Shown: piece by piece, positions 37,694-51,527 of the stretch
Position numbering within the stretch: the stretch's first letter is position 1
How the letters are laid out: each line of letters starts with the position of its first letter
Assembly (NCBI RefSeq): GCF_006345805.1
Contig: NC_043000.1
Location: forward strand, 96,534,001 to 96,598,000
From: Octopus sinensis
Lineage: Eukaryota
Length of the DNA: 64,000 bases
Direction: 5' to 3'
The notes under the pieces: generated by a model
What the model saw: the letters and a program-made list of their open reading frames with translations, nothing else
Told to the model about the DNA's origin: nothing
Database searches by the model: none
Translations under genes and position numbers: made by a program

Positions 37694-39881
37694 GTAAGTG
37701 TAGATACTTAACAATTTGAACTTTACTTCAAAATTGCAGTAAAAGTGAAGGAAGAAAATAGAAAATTAAGTTTTAGTTTTAATTTGCTAATTTTATTTTT
37801 ACATTGTAAAATTTTCTTTTATTTTTATTTTCAATGTGTCATCTCTTTCATGTTGAGTTCAAATATAAAAGAAATGCAATTATTAATCCATGTTTAGAAT
37901 AGTCTTTATAAGGCAAAAGGTAAAAAAAAAGTTCTTAGAATTTGATATATTTAATATATTAAAAAGATATTGTAAGATGATATCGCATGGAGATTGTCCT
38001 TCAAGATATACCTTGTTACTCAGTGGAATAAAAGAAATGCTAAGGATTTCAATATTTTGAAATAAATTTTTTCTTCCTTATAATAATTGTTTCTAATTAT
38101 GGTCAAAGACTAGTTATTTTGAAGGGAAGGGAATTAGTTGATACCATCAATCCTAATATTTGAGTCATATTTTATTTTATTGACTGGTGAGATTAAAATA
38201 ACAGCCTGAAGAAATATTTCTTCTCTATAGTAGAGATTTCTAATTTAAATATAAGACAGTACTCATCAATCACAGTACTTGACTGGTGCTTTGTTTTATC
38301 AACCCCAGAGAAATGAAAGATAAAGTTGGCTCCGTTGGGATTTGAACTCAAAAAGTAAAGAATCAAAAGAAATATTTCTTCTCTATAATAGTGATTTCTA
38401 ATTTAGGTACAAGGCTGCAGTTTGAGGGTAGAAGTTAGTCGATCCCATTAATTGACTGATACTTTGTTTTATTGACCAAGGGACAAAAGACAAAGTTGGC
38501 CTTGCTGGTATTTGAACTCAGAATGTAAAGATGAAATACCTCAAGGTATTTATTCCAAGCTAATGATTGCACCAGCTCAGCAATGAAATATAATTAGTGG
38601 AAGCAGAATTGTTTCAAATTACAATAGACAAATGAAATTAGTACGATCTGTTGGATGTACAATGCAGTTGTAAGGATTAGGCTGAAAATTGCAAACTGTA
38701 AAATGATAAACCTAAGGTAGTGTTGAAAATCTACAAATAAGGTATTTATCCATAAATGTAATATTGAGTACTCAGTCTTTCTGTTTGCCACTAACATGTA
38801 TCATCATCCTCATTATTTAACACAGTTTTTTGATATTAGATCTGGTGACCCACAGTGCAGCATTATACTCCATATCAGCTTTGGCATAATTTCTACATTT
38901 GCACGTCCTTTCTAATGCCAACCGTTTACATCGTGACTGGGTGCTTTTTTGTGCTGCTGTCACTAGTGGGGTTGCCAAATAACTTGCGAAAGAGGAAAGA
39001 GAGATAAAGGGAAAGCCTCATTGACTAAGATGCAGGGAGTATTTGGAAGGGTGGAAGGAGATTTTATGCCAGGGAGGATAGATGGCTACCCTACATTTAT
39101 ATAAGGGTGAGTAGGAGTATCTGAGAAAAAGATAAGATGGTAGCAATGAGCTGCCAGAGAAAAAACCCTAAAGAAACAAGAGATGATACAGTCAGTGGAT
39201 CAGGAGGAGATAATTGCTGATGGTTAGATATGGGGATATTTAAGATTATTTCTTCCCGATGCATATCAACAAAGTATATTTAAAGAAATAAAGAAAAATC
39301 ATAGTCTCTGAACACAGTACACTTAGTTACAGAGCTTCCTTAATGTGTCATTTTTAATTCTACTTTCAATTTTAAATAGATTAATAAAAGTAATTTCTTT
39401 CCTAGTGATATATATATCTATGCACGTAAAAAGCACCCACTACACTCACGGAGTGGTTGGCGTTAGGAAGGGCATCCAGCTGTAGAAACATTGCCAGATT
39501 AGACTGGAGCCTGGTGCAGCCTTCTGGCTTCCCAGAACCCCGGTCGAACCGTCCAACCCATGCTAGCATGGAGAACGGACGTTAAAACGACGATGATGAT
39601 GATGATGATAATGTCCAACATTACATTAATAGGGTCTAGACATCTTTTAATGATTGCAAATACTTCAAGTTTAAAAAATATGCTTCATTTGTTTATTATT
39701 CATGTTTATTGCTTTACTTCTTTTTGAGTAGTTGAATTTGACATAGATTTTGTTTTTCATTTAAATTTTATTTCATGCATGTTTTGCTGTTGTACATGTT
39801 TATTTTATTTGAGATATCACTCATAACATAGTAAAATTAAATACTTTTCTAAAGGTCACATATATATATATATATATATAT

Positions 39882-40461
39882 TTTTCGCGGGGTTCCACTA
39901 TTTCCCTTCTCTCTCTCCCTTTACGTTGTCTGCCATCCCCCCTCTTCCTTTGCTAGAGCATTTTTAAGCCAGCCCGTCATATTCCCGGTGCACCCGCCCT
40001 TGCCCACCCCACCACCAATACCGGATATCTCTATATTTTTGCTCCATCTATACCGGATGTCGCTTCTCCCACCACCATTATAGGTGTCTACTCTTCGAAC
40101 CCCCCTCTTCAATACGCTATTTGACCATGCATACCCCTCTCTGATATCCTACGTTCTACTGCCTAGAACCTGTCATCATTTCTCTGAACCACCCTCCCAT
40201 GGTGCCCTATATTTCTACCCCCCCCACATAAAAAGCACCATCCGAACGTGGCCGATGCCAGACCCCTCTGGCACCTGTGCAGGTGGCACGTAAAAAACAC
40301 CCACTACACTCGCGGAGTGGTTGGCGTTAGGAAGGGCATCCAGCTGTAGAAACACTGCCAGACTAGACTGGAGCCTGGGGCAGTCCCGAGCTCCCCAGAC
40401 CCCGGTCGAAACCGTCCAACCCGTGCTAGCGCGGAAAACGGACGTTAAATGATGATGATGA
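39882..40461 (+). mobile_element. ~580-nt insertion in a (TA)n tract, present only in copy 2 of the duplication
   Basis: Copy 1 (6461-6503) has an uninterrupted TA run. The insert ends in a complete RTE-type 3'UTR with a (gat)n tail. Confidence 0.85.
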
Positions 40462-41472
40462 TATATATATATATATATATATTTATTTATTCATTAGTGA
40501 CAGAAGCAGTTTAAATACTGAGAGGTAATATTTATCTCCACTTAAACATTGAATGTACTGTTAGAACAGACTATTCTGCGATAGTTATCAAGAGAGAAAC
40601 TCTCATACTGGCTTTTGGTACAAAATGCATTCTTGTTTATATTGCTGCTAATGATATAAACAAGAATGCATTTTGCACCAAAAGCCATTATGAGATCTCA
40701 TGGTATATATATATATATTTATTTATTTATTTATATGTGTGTGTGTGTCTATATATATGTATCATCAGTTAGTTCTCCATAAGTCAGAAAAACACACACA
40801 TTCATTGTAAGTACTAGAGCAGGGATACACCCAGCATAAAGAGGATGTACACTTCTAACCAGCATATCTGAGGAGTTATCAAAATTGCCTTGTGGCAATA
40901 TTTGGTATGAAACCAACAGTCACATTCTGACCAGTTATATGCCACAACCTGTAATATATTGCTTCAAAATGCCCCCCCCCCCCCGCAAAAAACACCCCAC
41001 ACACACAATCTCCATCTGTGTACCATACACATATACACCACATGGTGTGCTTAAAACATAATATATATCAGAGCAAAGCAAACATCTCAACAGTGAGTCA
41101 TGGAAACTTTTATGTTTTCTTCGACCTTGTCAGTGATGTGTAGTCAGTTATCACATTGTGTATATATACAGATGGCCACTTGGATTTAATGCTGTTTCAA
41201 TTGTGTACATGAATGTATATACATTAAATCAAAATGTTTGGCTATGTATATACACAATGTGATGGCCATATATATGTCATTGACAAAGCCCAAGAAGGCA
41301 TAAAAGTATTTGGCATTTTTATGACTTGACCCATTGGAGAGATTATATGCTTGTCTCCCACTGATGTGTATATCTCTGTGAAGAGATTTAACCCTATTAA
41401 TTATATAGCTTTCCCTACTTGAGAGTTCCACAAATAAAAATGATGATGATGATATATATATATATATATATA

Positions 41473-42110
41473 CAGGGGTTGGACAAAATAATGGAAACAA
41501 CTTAAAATTTCAAGCAAATTTATTTTAATATGAGGTAGGACCACCTTTGGCAGTAATTACAGCTTGAATCCTATGAGGTTTGGACTTGTACGAAGTTTGA
41601 ATTGTTTCCAAAGGAATTTTTGTTGATTCTTCAGCTAAAACAGTCTCCAGGATATCGACTCCTTACTTGTTTTTCTAAAATGCACCATAAATGTTCAATA
41701 ATATTGAGTTCTGGGGACTGTGGTGGCCAGATAAGATGTTCAACTTCACTAGAATGTTACTCGTGCCATTCAGTAACAACTTTAGCTGTGTGAATTGGTG
41801 CATTAGCATCCTGAAAGATTGTGTTTCCCTCTGGAAACAATTCTGTAAGCATAGGATGAATTTGATCAGATAAAATACTTAAATAGTCTTGACTATTAAT
41901 TCTGCCATGAAAGGAAACCATTGGGCTGGCGGATTTCCAGGATACAGCCCCCCCAGATCATCACAGATCCTCCTCCATGTTTAACAGTTGGAAGAAGGCA
42001 GTCTGGGTCAAATGCTTCCTTTGGCTGTCTCCACACATATACTCGAATTTTATCCCTAATTTTGTGGTTATAGAACCTAGCTGTTCTTTCTCGTGTGGTG
42101 AATCCCACGA
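41473..42110 (-). mobile_element. Tc1 relic, copy within the duplicated segment
   Basis: Near-identical to 7499-8135. Confidence 0.92.
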
Positions 42111-43429
42111 GTGAATCCCACGAGTGGATTCCTTATATGTTTAAATGCACACAGTATTTTTTGAGTAATATATAGTCTTTTGACTAAATTTTTACACGCT
42201 AGGCCACTAGAAGTGAAAATTTCTATTAATTTCCATTTCCCTTCAATATGATTATGTATATATATATATATATATGGGAAATAAGGATAAGCACAAGTTT
42301 ATACTTTAGTTCTCACATGTGTTTCACATTATATTTGTTTGAGTTCTACACTAGGTGTTCCAAGTGCATTTAGATGCTCAACTGCAATAGATCATCAGGG
42401 ACACTTTATTGTATTAAGCTACAGATAACTATATATATTCTGTAAATAATAATAATATTTATAAGCTTAAAGCTTATAAGTGATCCCCATAAATTGACTA
42501 AAGAAAATAGTCTAATATTGGGGCATATATGCCCTTGATGGAAAAACTGGTTTTTCTGTATGCATGGGACTTGAACCCACACCTCTATTCATGATAAGTG
42601 TATGATATTTGTGAATATATATGTACATATATATAAATTTAAATAAAGAAGTATTATTACCATTATTAGTTGTATTAATGAGGTAATAATAAGGTGGCTA
42701 GCAAGTTCACACCATTACAGGCACAATATAAAGTAAATTTAGATTCAGTAGGGGATATAATACCACTTGCTAAAATTTTTTCTTGCTCATGATAGTTTTC
42801 TTTTAAATGGATCAGGATGTTTAAAGTAAGGAATGCACATGAGCTAATGGAATGAATATTTTAGAAATAGATGTTAAAATGTTATTTTCAACTGAAGATT
42901 GCAATGTATGTTTGTCATGCAAAGTATGAAATCAATTGATATTGAAATATACATTACTTACTGTATTCAAAGCAAAGGTAATCCTATTTCTCATATGTTT
43001 ATTGCATTGCTCATGTGTATCTTTATCATGAGTTTATGGTGGTTTTTTGAACATTGGCTCTGAATTTAGCAAGTGGTATCATATACCCTTCTGAATCAAA
43101 TGACTGATATTATATTGTGTGTGTGTGTGTGTTTATATAGTTCAGATTTATAGAAAACAAGACAAAGATGGGAGGGAACAACAAGCATTAGTATTAGTTT
43201 GATGCTTGGGAAGAGTGGAAAAGTCTTTTACATTTTGAACCTTTGGTCTTTGACAGAAAAGCTTGAAAGTATATATATATATATATATATATCAACATCA
43301 CAATCAAGGAATGGCCATAATAGGCCATTCACCCACTAGAAATAACAGCCAAAGCTTCAACCGCAAAATAACACTAGGCCGCTGGTGGCAAATAAATTCT
43401 ACGAAATTTTTTGCCACCCTATATTGATT

Positions 43430-43460
<31 letters not shown>

Positions 43461-43668
43461 CTATTCATATATGTATATACGTATGGATGTACATATATAT
43501 ATGTACTCCCAAATTTAATTAATTGCAGTTTTGTAAACCAATTAGCAACAAAAACCTACAATATTAAGGGATAGTAATTCAAAATGAGGAATATCTCAAA
43601 TGAAATACTGTATAGATACCTCTTTTTTTGTTTTTAGTTCTGTTTTTGTATTGTTTTGTTTCTTTTAG

Positions 43669-43698
43669 ACAAGCCAATGTTATGAAGAAAAAACCAAG
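43669..43698 (+). CDS. FYCO1: Candidate 30-nt microexon with GC donor
   Basis: Long T-rich tract, ttttag|ACAAGCCAATGTTATGAAGAAAAAACCAAG|gcaagt. Phase 0-0, TSQCYEEKTK. Confidence 0.55.
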
Positions 43699-46600
43699 GC
43701 AAGTTTTATCAATGTGTTCATTTTGCTTTTTTTTTAGCATTCTGTTCTTTTGTGTTTTGTGACCTTGCTTGCTTGCACCACTAAGTGTTAGTTATTGAGC
43801 ATCACTACTCTTTCTTACAGAAGAATTTTTCTGAACTAACATTTAATCTGCTTGTTTCTTTCTAGTGTTAATAGCACAGTCTTGTATGTTTTTTTAAAAA
43901 TTACTTTGATTGCTAATTTAACCATCCTCTTCAATGTGAGTGAAGCAGCTTTAGAAACTTTGGAAAAAGAAGGAAAATGTTTAACATTTACATCTACTCT
44001 GTGTTTTGATTCTTTTTAATCTCTGATAATAATTAGATGTGTTATTCCTTAATACATACATAATTGCAGACTGATTTCAAGTTAGAAATCTTTATTTTTA
44101 AACTTATAACATTTTTATATTTGATCTGTTAGATTCTTGATGTGAATTTGTGTGTTAAGACAGATTTTGTTGTATTTTGGGAGGATCATTACACCGATAA
44201 TAAACACATACACTGGTTCAGTTTCACTTCTTTATTATTCATCAATTGGTTAGCTATTTAACCAAGTAACTAATCAACTATTTGCTTGATCATTCGGTTA
44301 ATCAGTCAATCAGTTGTGTTTGCCAAAGTTCTTTTGAAGCTGATCTGGTGAAGAGAGGGCATATCATTGAAATGGTCAAGAATGGTAATGAAAGGACTTT
44401 GATTAACACAAATGACTGATATAATAACAATTCTTATTCATTTAGCTGCTCACATATGAAAATGATTGTACATAATATTAATGTAAATGTAAACAAATTT
44501 TCATTCCATTTCTAAAGATGTGGTTAATACAATTAATAAATGAAGTAAATTGAAAGATCATTTTAACAAGCATGCTAACTTCATTTTGGGATCACTTACC
44601 TCATTGACATCTGTAAGAGGATATTGATATCATTTACAATGGGCACATTAGGTATTTTATATACGACAGTTAATCAATGCAATTAATTTCATTATAGTGC
44701 TGGTATATTAATACCAGCATAGTGCTAATATTTTGATTTCAAATTTTGGCATAGGGCCAGAAATTTTGGGGGAGGAACGACCCCAGTACTCAGCTGTTAC
44801 TTATTTTATCAATCTCAAAAGGATGAAAGGTTTAAGTTAATCTTGGCAGAATATGAAGCCTGATGAAATGCTGCTAAGCATTTCACCTGGTGTACTAATG
44901 GTTCTGTCTACTTGCCACCTTACATTGTGCTAATACATCAATACCAGTATTATAGTGTATTGGCTTCTACCTGATTGAATAAAATGCAAAATTTAACTGT
45001 GTCAGGACTTGAACTTGGAAAGTGTTTCAGAAACCAAGGTAGAGAATTAATGTGCCCTTGAGCACATTTCACATTGCTCCAGTACACTCAGCTGTGCATG
45101 GGTAACCCTGAAACAGACTGGCATACATGTGCACACATACACATACACACACACACAATTTGTTTTTTTAATGGTTAAACTTGAAGTAGGTAAAGCTATA
45201 AATAGTAGTGTGTAAATAAAAAACACTTTGAACAGAAAAAGTTGAAGGCTGCTCACCCAGTGTGCACATACTCTTATTTATAACTTTATCTGCTTCAGGT
45301 TGAACCTTTAAAAATGAATTATTTCATGTTCTCTTAAGGTTTCTAAATTCTTAAGATGTAAATTATATAGATGTATAAGATGTATGTATGTATGTGTGTG
45401 TATTACTGTTTGTTTTTATGTTCAGTTATAATAAAAAATATTTTATATTTATCTGAAGGGTTACTCTATACTCTTGTAGAGTACAAATTTATTATTCTTA
45501 TATTCTTATACATGGATATTGTTGACAGTGACTTTGAAATTTCGGCCAGCTGACGCATAGTCTGATGATAGCTTAGCTGGCTGAAACTTCAAAGTCACTG
45601 TCAACAACATTCTTGTATAAGAATAATAAATATATGTATGTTCAAATTAAAATCCAGAAAATGGAGAAGTAGCATTGATATAATTTATTAACTGCAAAAA
45701 TTCAACATGTTCACTTACAACTGTTTTGAATTTGCCAAAAAGAATTAAATTCCAGTAATTAAAATATTTTATTGGGCAAAATCTTGTCAGAAGAGTAAAA
45801 AAGACATATTGCTATGTTATTACATATTGTTAGATTATTACATGTTATTCTTCCAAAACATCTCAACAGACCAGTTATTCATTGGATATTTTCTATCCCT
45901 TAAGGTGGTTTTTTTTTAACCTCTAAATACACACACACACACACATTTGCATAAAATTAGATCTGAAGTCAATTATTATATCATTTTGGTAAATTTATAG
46001 TTGCCAATTTGCTAATTAATAAACTTGCTTATAAATAGACAGGCACTGTATATTCTTTTATTTTTTTACTGAGTTGTTGAATGACAACTTTGCTGGGCCA
46101 CTATCAAGTGTTTAGTTAATTGTACTGACCACAATATATATTTTAGTTTGCTGCTTATTCTTCTTATTCTTTTCATTCCAAAGGGTTGCTGCTAGAAATG
46201 TTACTAGTGTGTCATACAAACTTAACTGAATTTGTAAATTAAATTTTGCCCACTAGTTTTCATCTAATGATTGATAAGTTTGGAAAAGACCTGTATGCAA
46301 CACTAAATATTATGTCTCCATACAGCATAAACTTTTCTTCAGGTGTGCCGACTTTATTAGCTGAATTTTCTGTCACAGACCACCCCTAGTTTCTTCAGGT
46401 TCCAGTTTGTATTTAATGATTTTAAGTTTCGTCACATTTAGCAGTTAAGGATGCAAAATTTAATTTGTATTCTTCAATAGAATTGAAATCGAAGTCAAGA
46501 AATAGGATATCAATAACATATTTTCATTCTTAATATACAGATTTGAACATGAATCTGCTGATCACTGTTGTATTTTGTCATTGAAGAGCAACTCTTCTCT

Positions 46601-48503
46601 TTAGATGATGTGTATTCATAATATATGCAATTCACAGATGTAAGGGGTTTTAAGACACTAGGATGTTTTAGCCTTATTGTGTTTCTTTGGTCCAGGCAAC
46701 ATTAGATCAATGAATCTAAACAAGTGTACAAGCTTTTGCTTATATAAATCAACAAAAAAATTATTGCTGATGCATCTACCAAACTGATAATTATTCATTA
46801 GGTGCATGCAAAACAGTGAAAATATAAACAATAACATATCTATCCATTCTTAATATGTTCTGGCAGATTTGAATGTAACTATACTGATTTCTAGTGTATT
46901 TTGTTATCAGCGAATGCCTCTTCCCTTTAGAAGATGTGTCTTCATAACATACTCAGTTCATTAGGATGAAAGACCTTTAAAATACTGTAGTGTTTCAACT
47001 TCATGTTTGAATTTGCTAGAATGTATTAAGAATGAATAAATACTTTGTTGTTTAAAGTTTTGCTGGTTTGAATACAGCCTACAAATTATTTTAAGACATC
47101 AATACTTTTTCTCATAACTATGTAAATCAACACAGATTCTACAGTTGGTTGTCTTCTTATATTAATCATCCAAGAAGGTAGAAAAGCTAATTCCTGTTTA
47201 GAATTTTAAAGCTTCACATCATTTGTTAGTCACCCACTTTTGTTCCCTCCTTTACCTGAAATTTCCTGATATTACCTCACTCTTTCTTGCAATGTTTTTA
47301 ATGTTTTGATAGTAGCTCGTGAATCTTTTCCAATTTTCTGTCTTTCATAATATTTTATAATAATTTAAGACCATCAAAGGTAAGTTAATTCCCAGTAATA
47401 GCTGCTACCCTGCATATTTAACCCTTAAGCATTCGGACTACTCTGTCAACTGTAATATTTATTTATTCAAATTGTTTTGAAATAATCATGCATCATTTTA
47501 TAGCTTTGAGATTTTGATCATGTCATTGTTTATTTGTACACTGACATTGTAGAAAAGGAGTGAGAGGCCAGATTTGGTCAGTTTCATCATAAAACAGGTA
47601 CAATATTTGGACCAGATGTGATTGTTTAAATGCTAAAGGGTTAATAAACCTGTTTTAATTATGAGCAATGAAACTATTAGACTGTCTAATTATCTAATAT
47701 TTAGATTGTGTAAGTGATATTAATTAGATATAATTTAGATAATCATATTTAGATAGTTTACATAATGTAGTTATTAAATAAATTATCTGTCATTACTAGC
47801 ATGTATTTTATCTATCCCTCTCTTTAACAAAGTATCTTATGCAAGATGTCAGAATTATTTTCTCCTTTGCAGGCTATTATCTAATTCCACTTTGATAATT
47901 TTTTTTATATATTTGATCTATGGTAATGCAGACTACTACTAGTATCCTTGGATTCTACTGTTTTCTTTTCACACTTATGTCACCATATTTCTGTTGAAAT
48001 GTACTGCCTTTATTTCAATTAAGTTTTAAAATAATTAAGCATTTAGTAAAATAACTTTTTCATTATTAATCCTTTTGTTACCATATCTCTTCTGAAATGC
48101 ACTACCTTTGTTTCAATTAAGTATTTTTAAAATAATGAAGAATTTACTAAAATAACTTTTGTCATTATTAAAGCTAATATTTGGAACAATTATATGTGTG
48201 TGTGCCGGGAAGTTAAACACACAGACACACACACAGATACACACACAGACACACAAGTTGAGTTTTATATATATAGATATATATATAATATATGTTTGTA
48301 TGTGTATATATATTATATATGCATCATCATTATCATCGCCATCATTTAACATCCATTCACCTCTTTTTCATGCTAGCATGGTTTAGATGGTTTGACATGA
48401 GGTAGCAAGCCAGAGAGCTGCACCAGGCTCCAATTGTCTGTTTTGGCATGCTTTCTATGGCTGGATGCTCTTCCTAATGCCAAAACATATATACATATTA
48501 TGT

Positions 48504-48585
<82 letters not shown>

Positions 48586-48681
48586 CTCACACACATGTGT
48601 TATATTAATGTTATACTAAATATATATATATATATAAAATGGCAATTTTTAATTGTTTTTTTTTGTTTTTTACTTTTTTAG

Positions 48682-48788
48682 GCAGAACACATTCAAAATG
48701 TAAACTTGATAAAACAGAAAGATCAAGAGATAATTATCTTACAGATGGACTTGAAGGATTTAAGGAAGAGAGTCATCAAGTTAACACG
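48682..48788 (+). CDS. FYCO1: Pre-FYVE coiled-coil exon
   Basis: ttttag|GCA ... CG|gtagat, AEHIQNVNLIKQKDQEIIILQMDLKDLRKRVIKLTR, phase 0-2. Confidence 0.87.
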
Positions 48789-49229
48789 GTAGATATATTT
48801 TAAAATTTATATTCCTTTTACAATAACCAAGGTATTTTGTATTAGTGACACTAAGGCATGCAGAATTGTTAAGGCATCAGACAAAATGCCCCGTGATATT
48901 TATTTCTTCTGGTTCTCTACATTCTTAGTTCAAATTTCAACAAAGTCAATATTGCCTTTCATCCGTCTGGAGTCAATAAAATAAAATACTAGTCAAGTAT
49001 TGATGTTTGATGCGATTAATTAATGGTTATCATCATCATCATTATCATTGTCGTAATCGTCATCATCATCATTTTGCATCTGTTTTCCATGCTGGCATGG
49101 GTTAAATAGTTTGTGGCACTGGTAGGCCAGAGAGCTGCACCAGGCTCTAGTTTATTTCGGCTTGGTTTCTATGGTTTGATGCCTTTCCAAACACCAACCA
49201 CTCCATAGAGTGTAGAGGGTTTTTTTTAT

Positions 49230-49590
49230 GTATCACTGATATGTGTCACTGGTACAGGTGCTTTTTATGTGTCACTGACATGGGTGCCTTTAACATGTCA
49301 CTGACATGGGTGCCTTTAACATGTCACTGGCATGGGTGCTTTTACGTGTCACTGTCATGGGTGCTTTTACATGTCACTGTCAGGGTGCCTTTAATGTGTC
49401 ACTAGCATGGGTGCCCTCTGAGTGTCACTGGCATGGATGCTATGTATGTGTCACCAGCAAGAGTACCTTTTATATGTCACTGGCACAGGTGCCCTTTATG
49501 TGTCACTGGCACAGGTGTCATGTACGTATCACTGGCATGAGTGCCTTTTACATGTCACTAGCACAGGTACCTTCTATGTGTCACCAATTA
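49230..49590. repeat. Minisatellite, ~14 units of 25-26 nt (gtgtcactggcatgggtgcttttac-like)
   Basis: Contiguous degenerate tandem units inside an RTE-type 3'UTR. Shorter arrays at ~15600-15750, 24790-24910, 25130-25230. Confidence 0.85.
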
Positions 49591-51139
49591 ACAAAATTGT
49601 TGACCAGTATATTTCAACTTGAAATACATTTTTTGAGAAAAAAAAAAGAATTTATAAATCTTTTTGGTCATTTTAAATAAATTGTTTTTCATTCTAGGCT
49701 ATATTTAATTGCAGAAGTAGGTCTATGTTAGATTTAGGGAGCCATGATTCTAAAGATGTGTTTTGCAGGAATTAAATTGATAGTTTTTTTTGTTTTGTTG
49801 TTTGTGAAGAGACTGTGTGGTAAGAAGTTTGGTTTCCAACTACATGATTCCAGGTTCAGTCTCACTGCATGACACCTTGGGCAAGTGTCTTCTACTATAG
49901 CTTCATTTAAATCAAAGCCTTGTGAGTGGATTTGGTAGATGGAAACTGACAAAAAGTCTGTCATAAATATGTGTATGCATGTGTCTTTGTGTCTGTTTGA
50001 CTCCCTACTCATCATCATTATCATTTAACGTCCACTTTCCATGCTAGTATGGGTTGGACAATTTGACTGAGGACTGGCGACCAGATGGCTGCGCTAGGCT
50101 CCAATCTGATCTGGCAGAGTTTCTACAGCTGGATGCCCTTCCTAATGCCAACCACTTCGAGAGTGTAGTGAGTGCTTTTATGTGCCACCGGCATGAGGGC
50201 CAGTCAGGCAGTACTGGCAACAGCCACACTCAGATGGTGTTTTTTACGTGCCACCTGCACAGGAGCCATTCCAGTGGCACTGGCAACGACCTCGCTTGAA
50301 TGTTTTTTCACGTGCCACTAGCACAAGTGCCAGTAAGGAGATGCTGGTAATGATCACGCTCAAATGGTGCTTTTTATGTGTCACCGGCATGAAAGCCAGA
50401 TAGCCGCTCTGGCAGTAATCCCAATTAGATGGAGCTGTTAGTACTCCACTGGCACTGGTGCCAGTCATCGAATTTGGTTCAATTTGTGTACAATAAAATT
50501 ATAAATAATAGTAATTTTTTTAATGTTTATTTTTTTTTCATCAAGATGCTCAAGCATTAGTTTGACTTTTGTAAAGCTTCTATTTTGTTAAAAATCCATG
50601 GTGCACCAAGATACATCTTTGCCAAGTAATGTTTGAGTACCACTAGTCTAAACTATATAAAAGACAAGAATAGCACAAGCACACATATACTATGACTACC
50701 ATCTTCCAAGTCACAAAATTTATGGATGTTACGAGTAATCAAAGTTCATAATATACAGTCAGTCTCATGATTGTAAGATTGTGGTTTCATTTCCTGGACT
50801 GGGCATCTTGTGTTCTTGAGCTAAACACTTTATTTCATGTTGCTCCAGTCCACTCCACTGAAAAAAATGAGTAATCCTGCAACAGACCAGCGTCTCGTCC
50901 AGGTGGGGAATATATATATATGTCATGGAAACCAGGAAACCAACCTTTATGAGTTGGTATGACTCAAGAAGGCAAATTTTTTTATTATATATATATACTA
51001 TCAATAAAAGATTAAGGAGCACTGGGCATAAACAGAACAGTGGTAACTATTATTATTTGGGAAGTATACATATAAAGATGTTTTTTTTTTTCATTTTTAC
51101 AATGTTTGAATGAAGTTATCTTCATTTTGTATCTTACAG

Positions 51140-51278
51140 AGAGAAAGATCATCTGTGGAAGCAGACTGATAAACTTGCTTACCATCGGAGATTAGAAGCA
51201 AATAATAAGTGGATGGACAATAATGAAGTTAACAACTGTCTAGGCTGTAATGCTGTATTTTCATTTACTCTACGAAAA
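51140..51278 (+). CDS. FYCO1: FYVE exon 1
   Basis: ttacag|A ... AAA|gtaagc, EKDHLWKQTDKLAYHRRLEANNKWMDNNEVNNCLGCNAVFSFTLRK, phase 2-0. Confidence 0.95.
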
Positions 51279-51468
51279 GTAAGCTTTCAACTGTTCTTCT
51301 ATATTAATTTCTTCCTTTCTTTTCTATTTGGAGTGGGGTGGGGCACTAGCCTAAGGTGCTATGTTGTGAAACTGAACCTGAGATCATATGGTTGGGAAAT
51401 AAGCTTCTCAACCACACAGCCACACCTTTGCCTATACCACACCTGCACCTATATTGTGTCTATATATA

Positions 51469-51527
<59 letters not shown>

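Noticed and set aside
44340-44384. 45-nt exon-like segment (gaag|...aatg|gtaatg; copy 10370-10414)
   Set aside because: Open only in phase 1 while the intron is phase 0, where it hits TGA; weak acceptor.
47870-47885. Strong acceptor tttctcctttgcag followed by AII-stop
   Set aside because: No donor or polyadenylation support seen; acceptor-like sites are common in AT-rich introns.
49230-49590. Regularly spaced repeats resembling a CRISPR array
   Set aside because: Units are contiguous and degenerate with no unique spacers, in a eukaryotic retroelement context.
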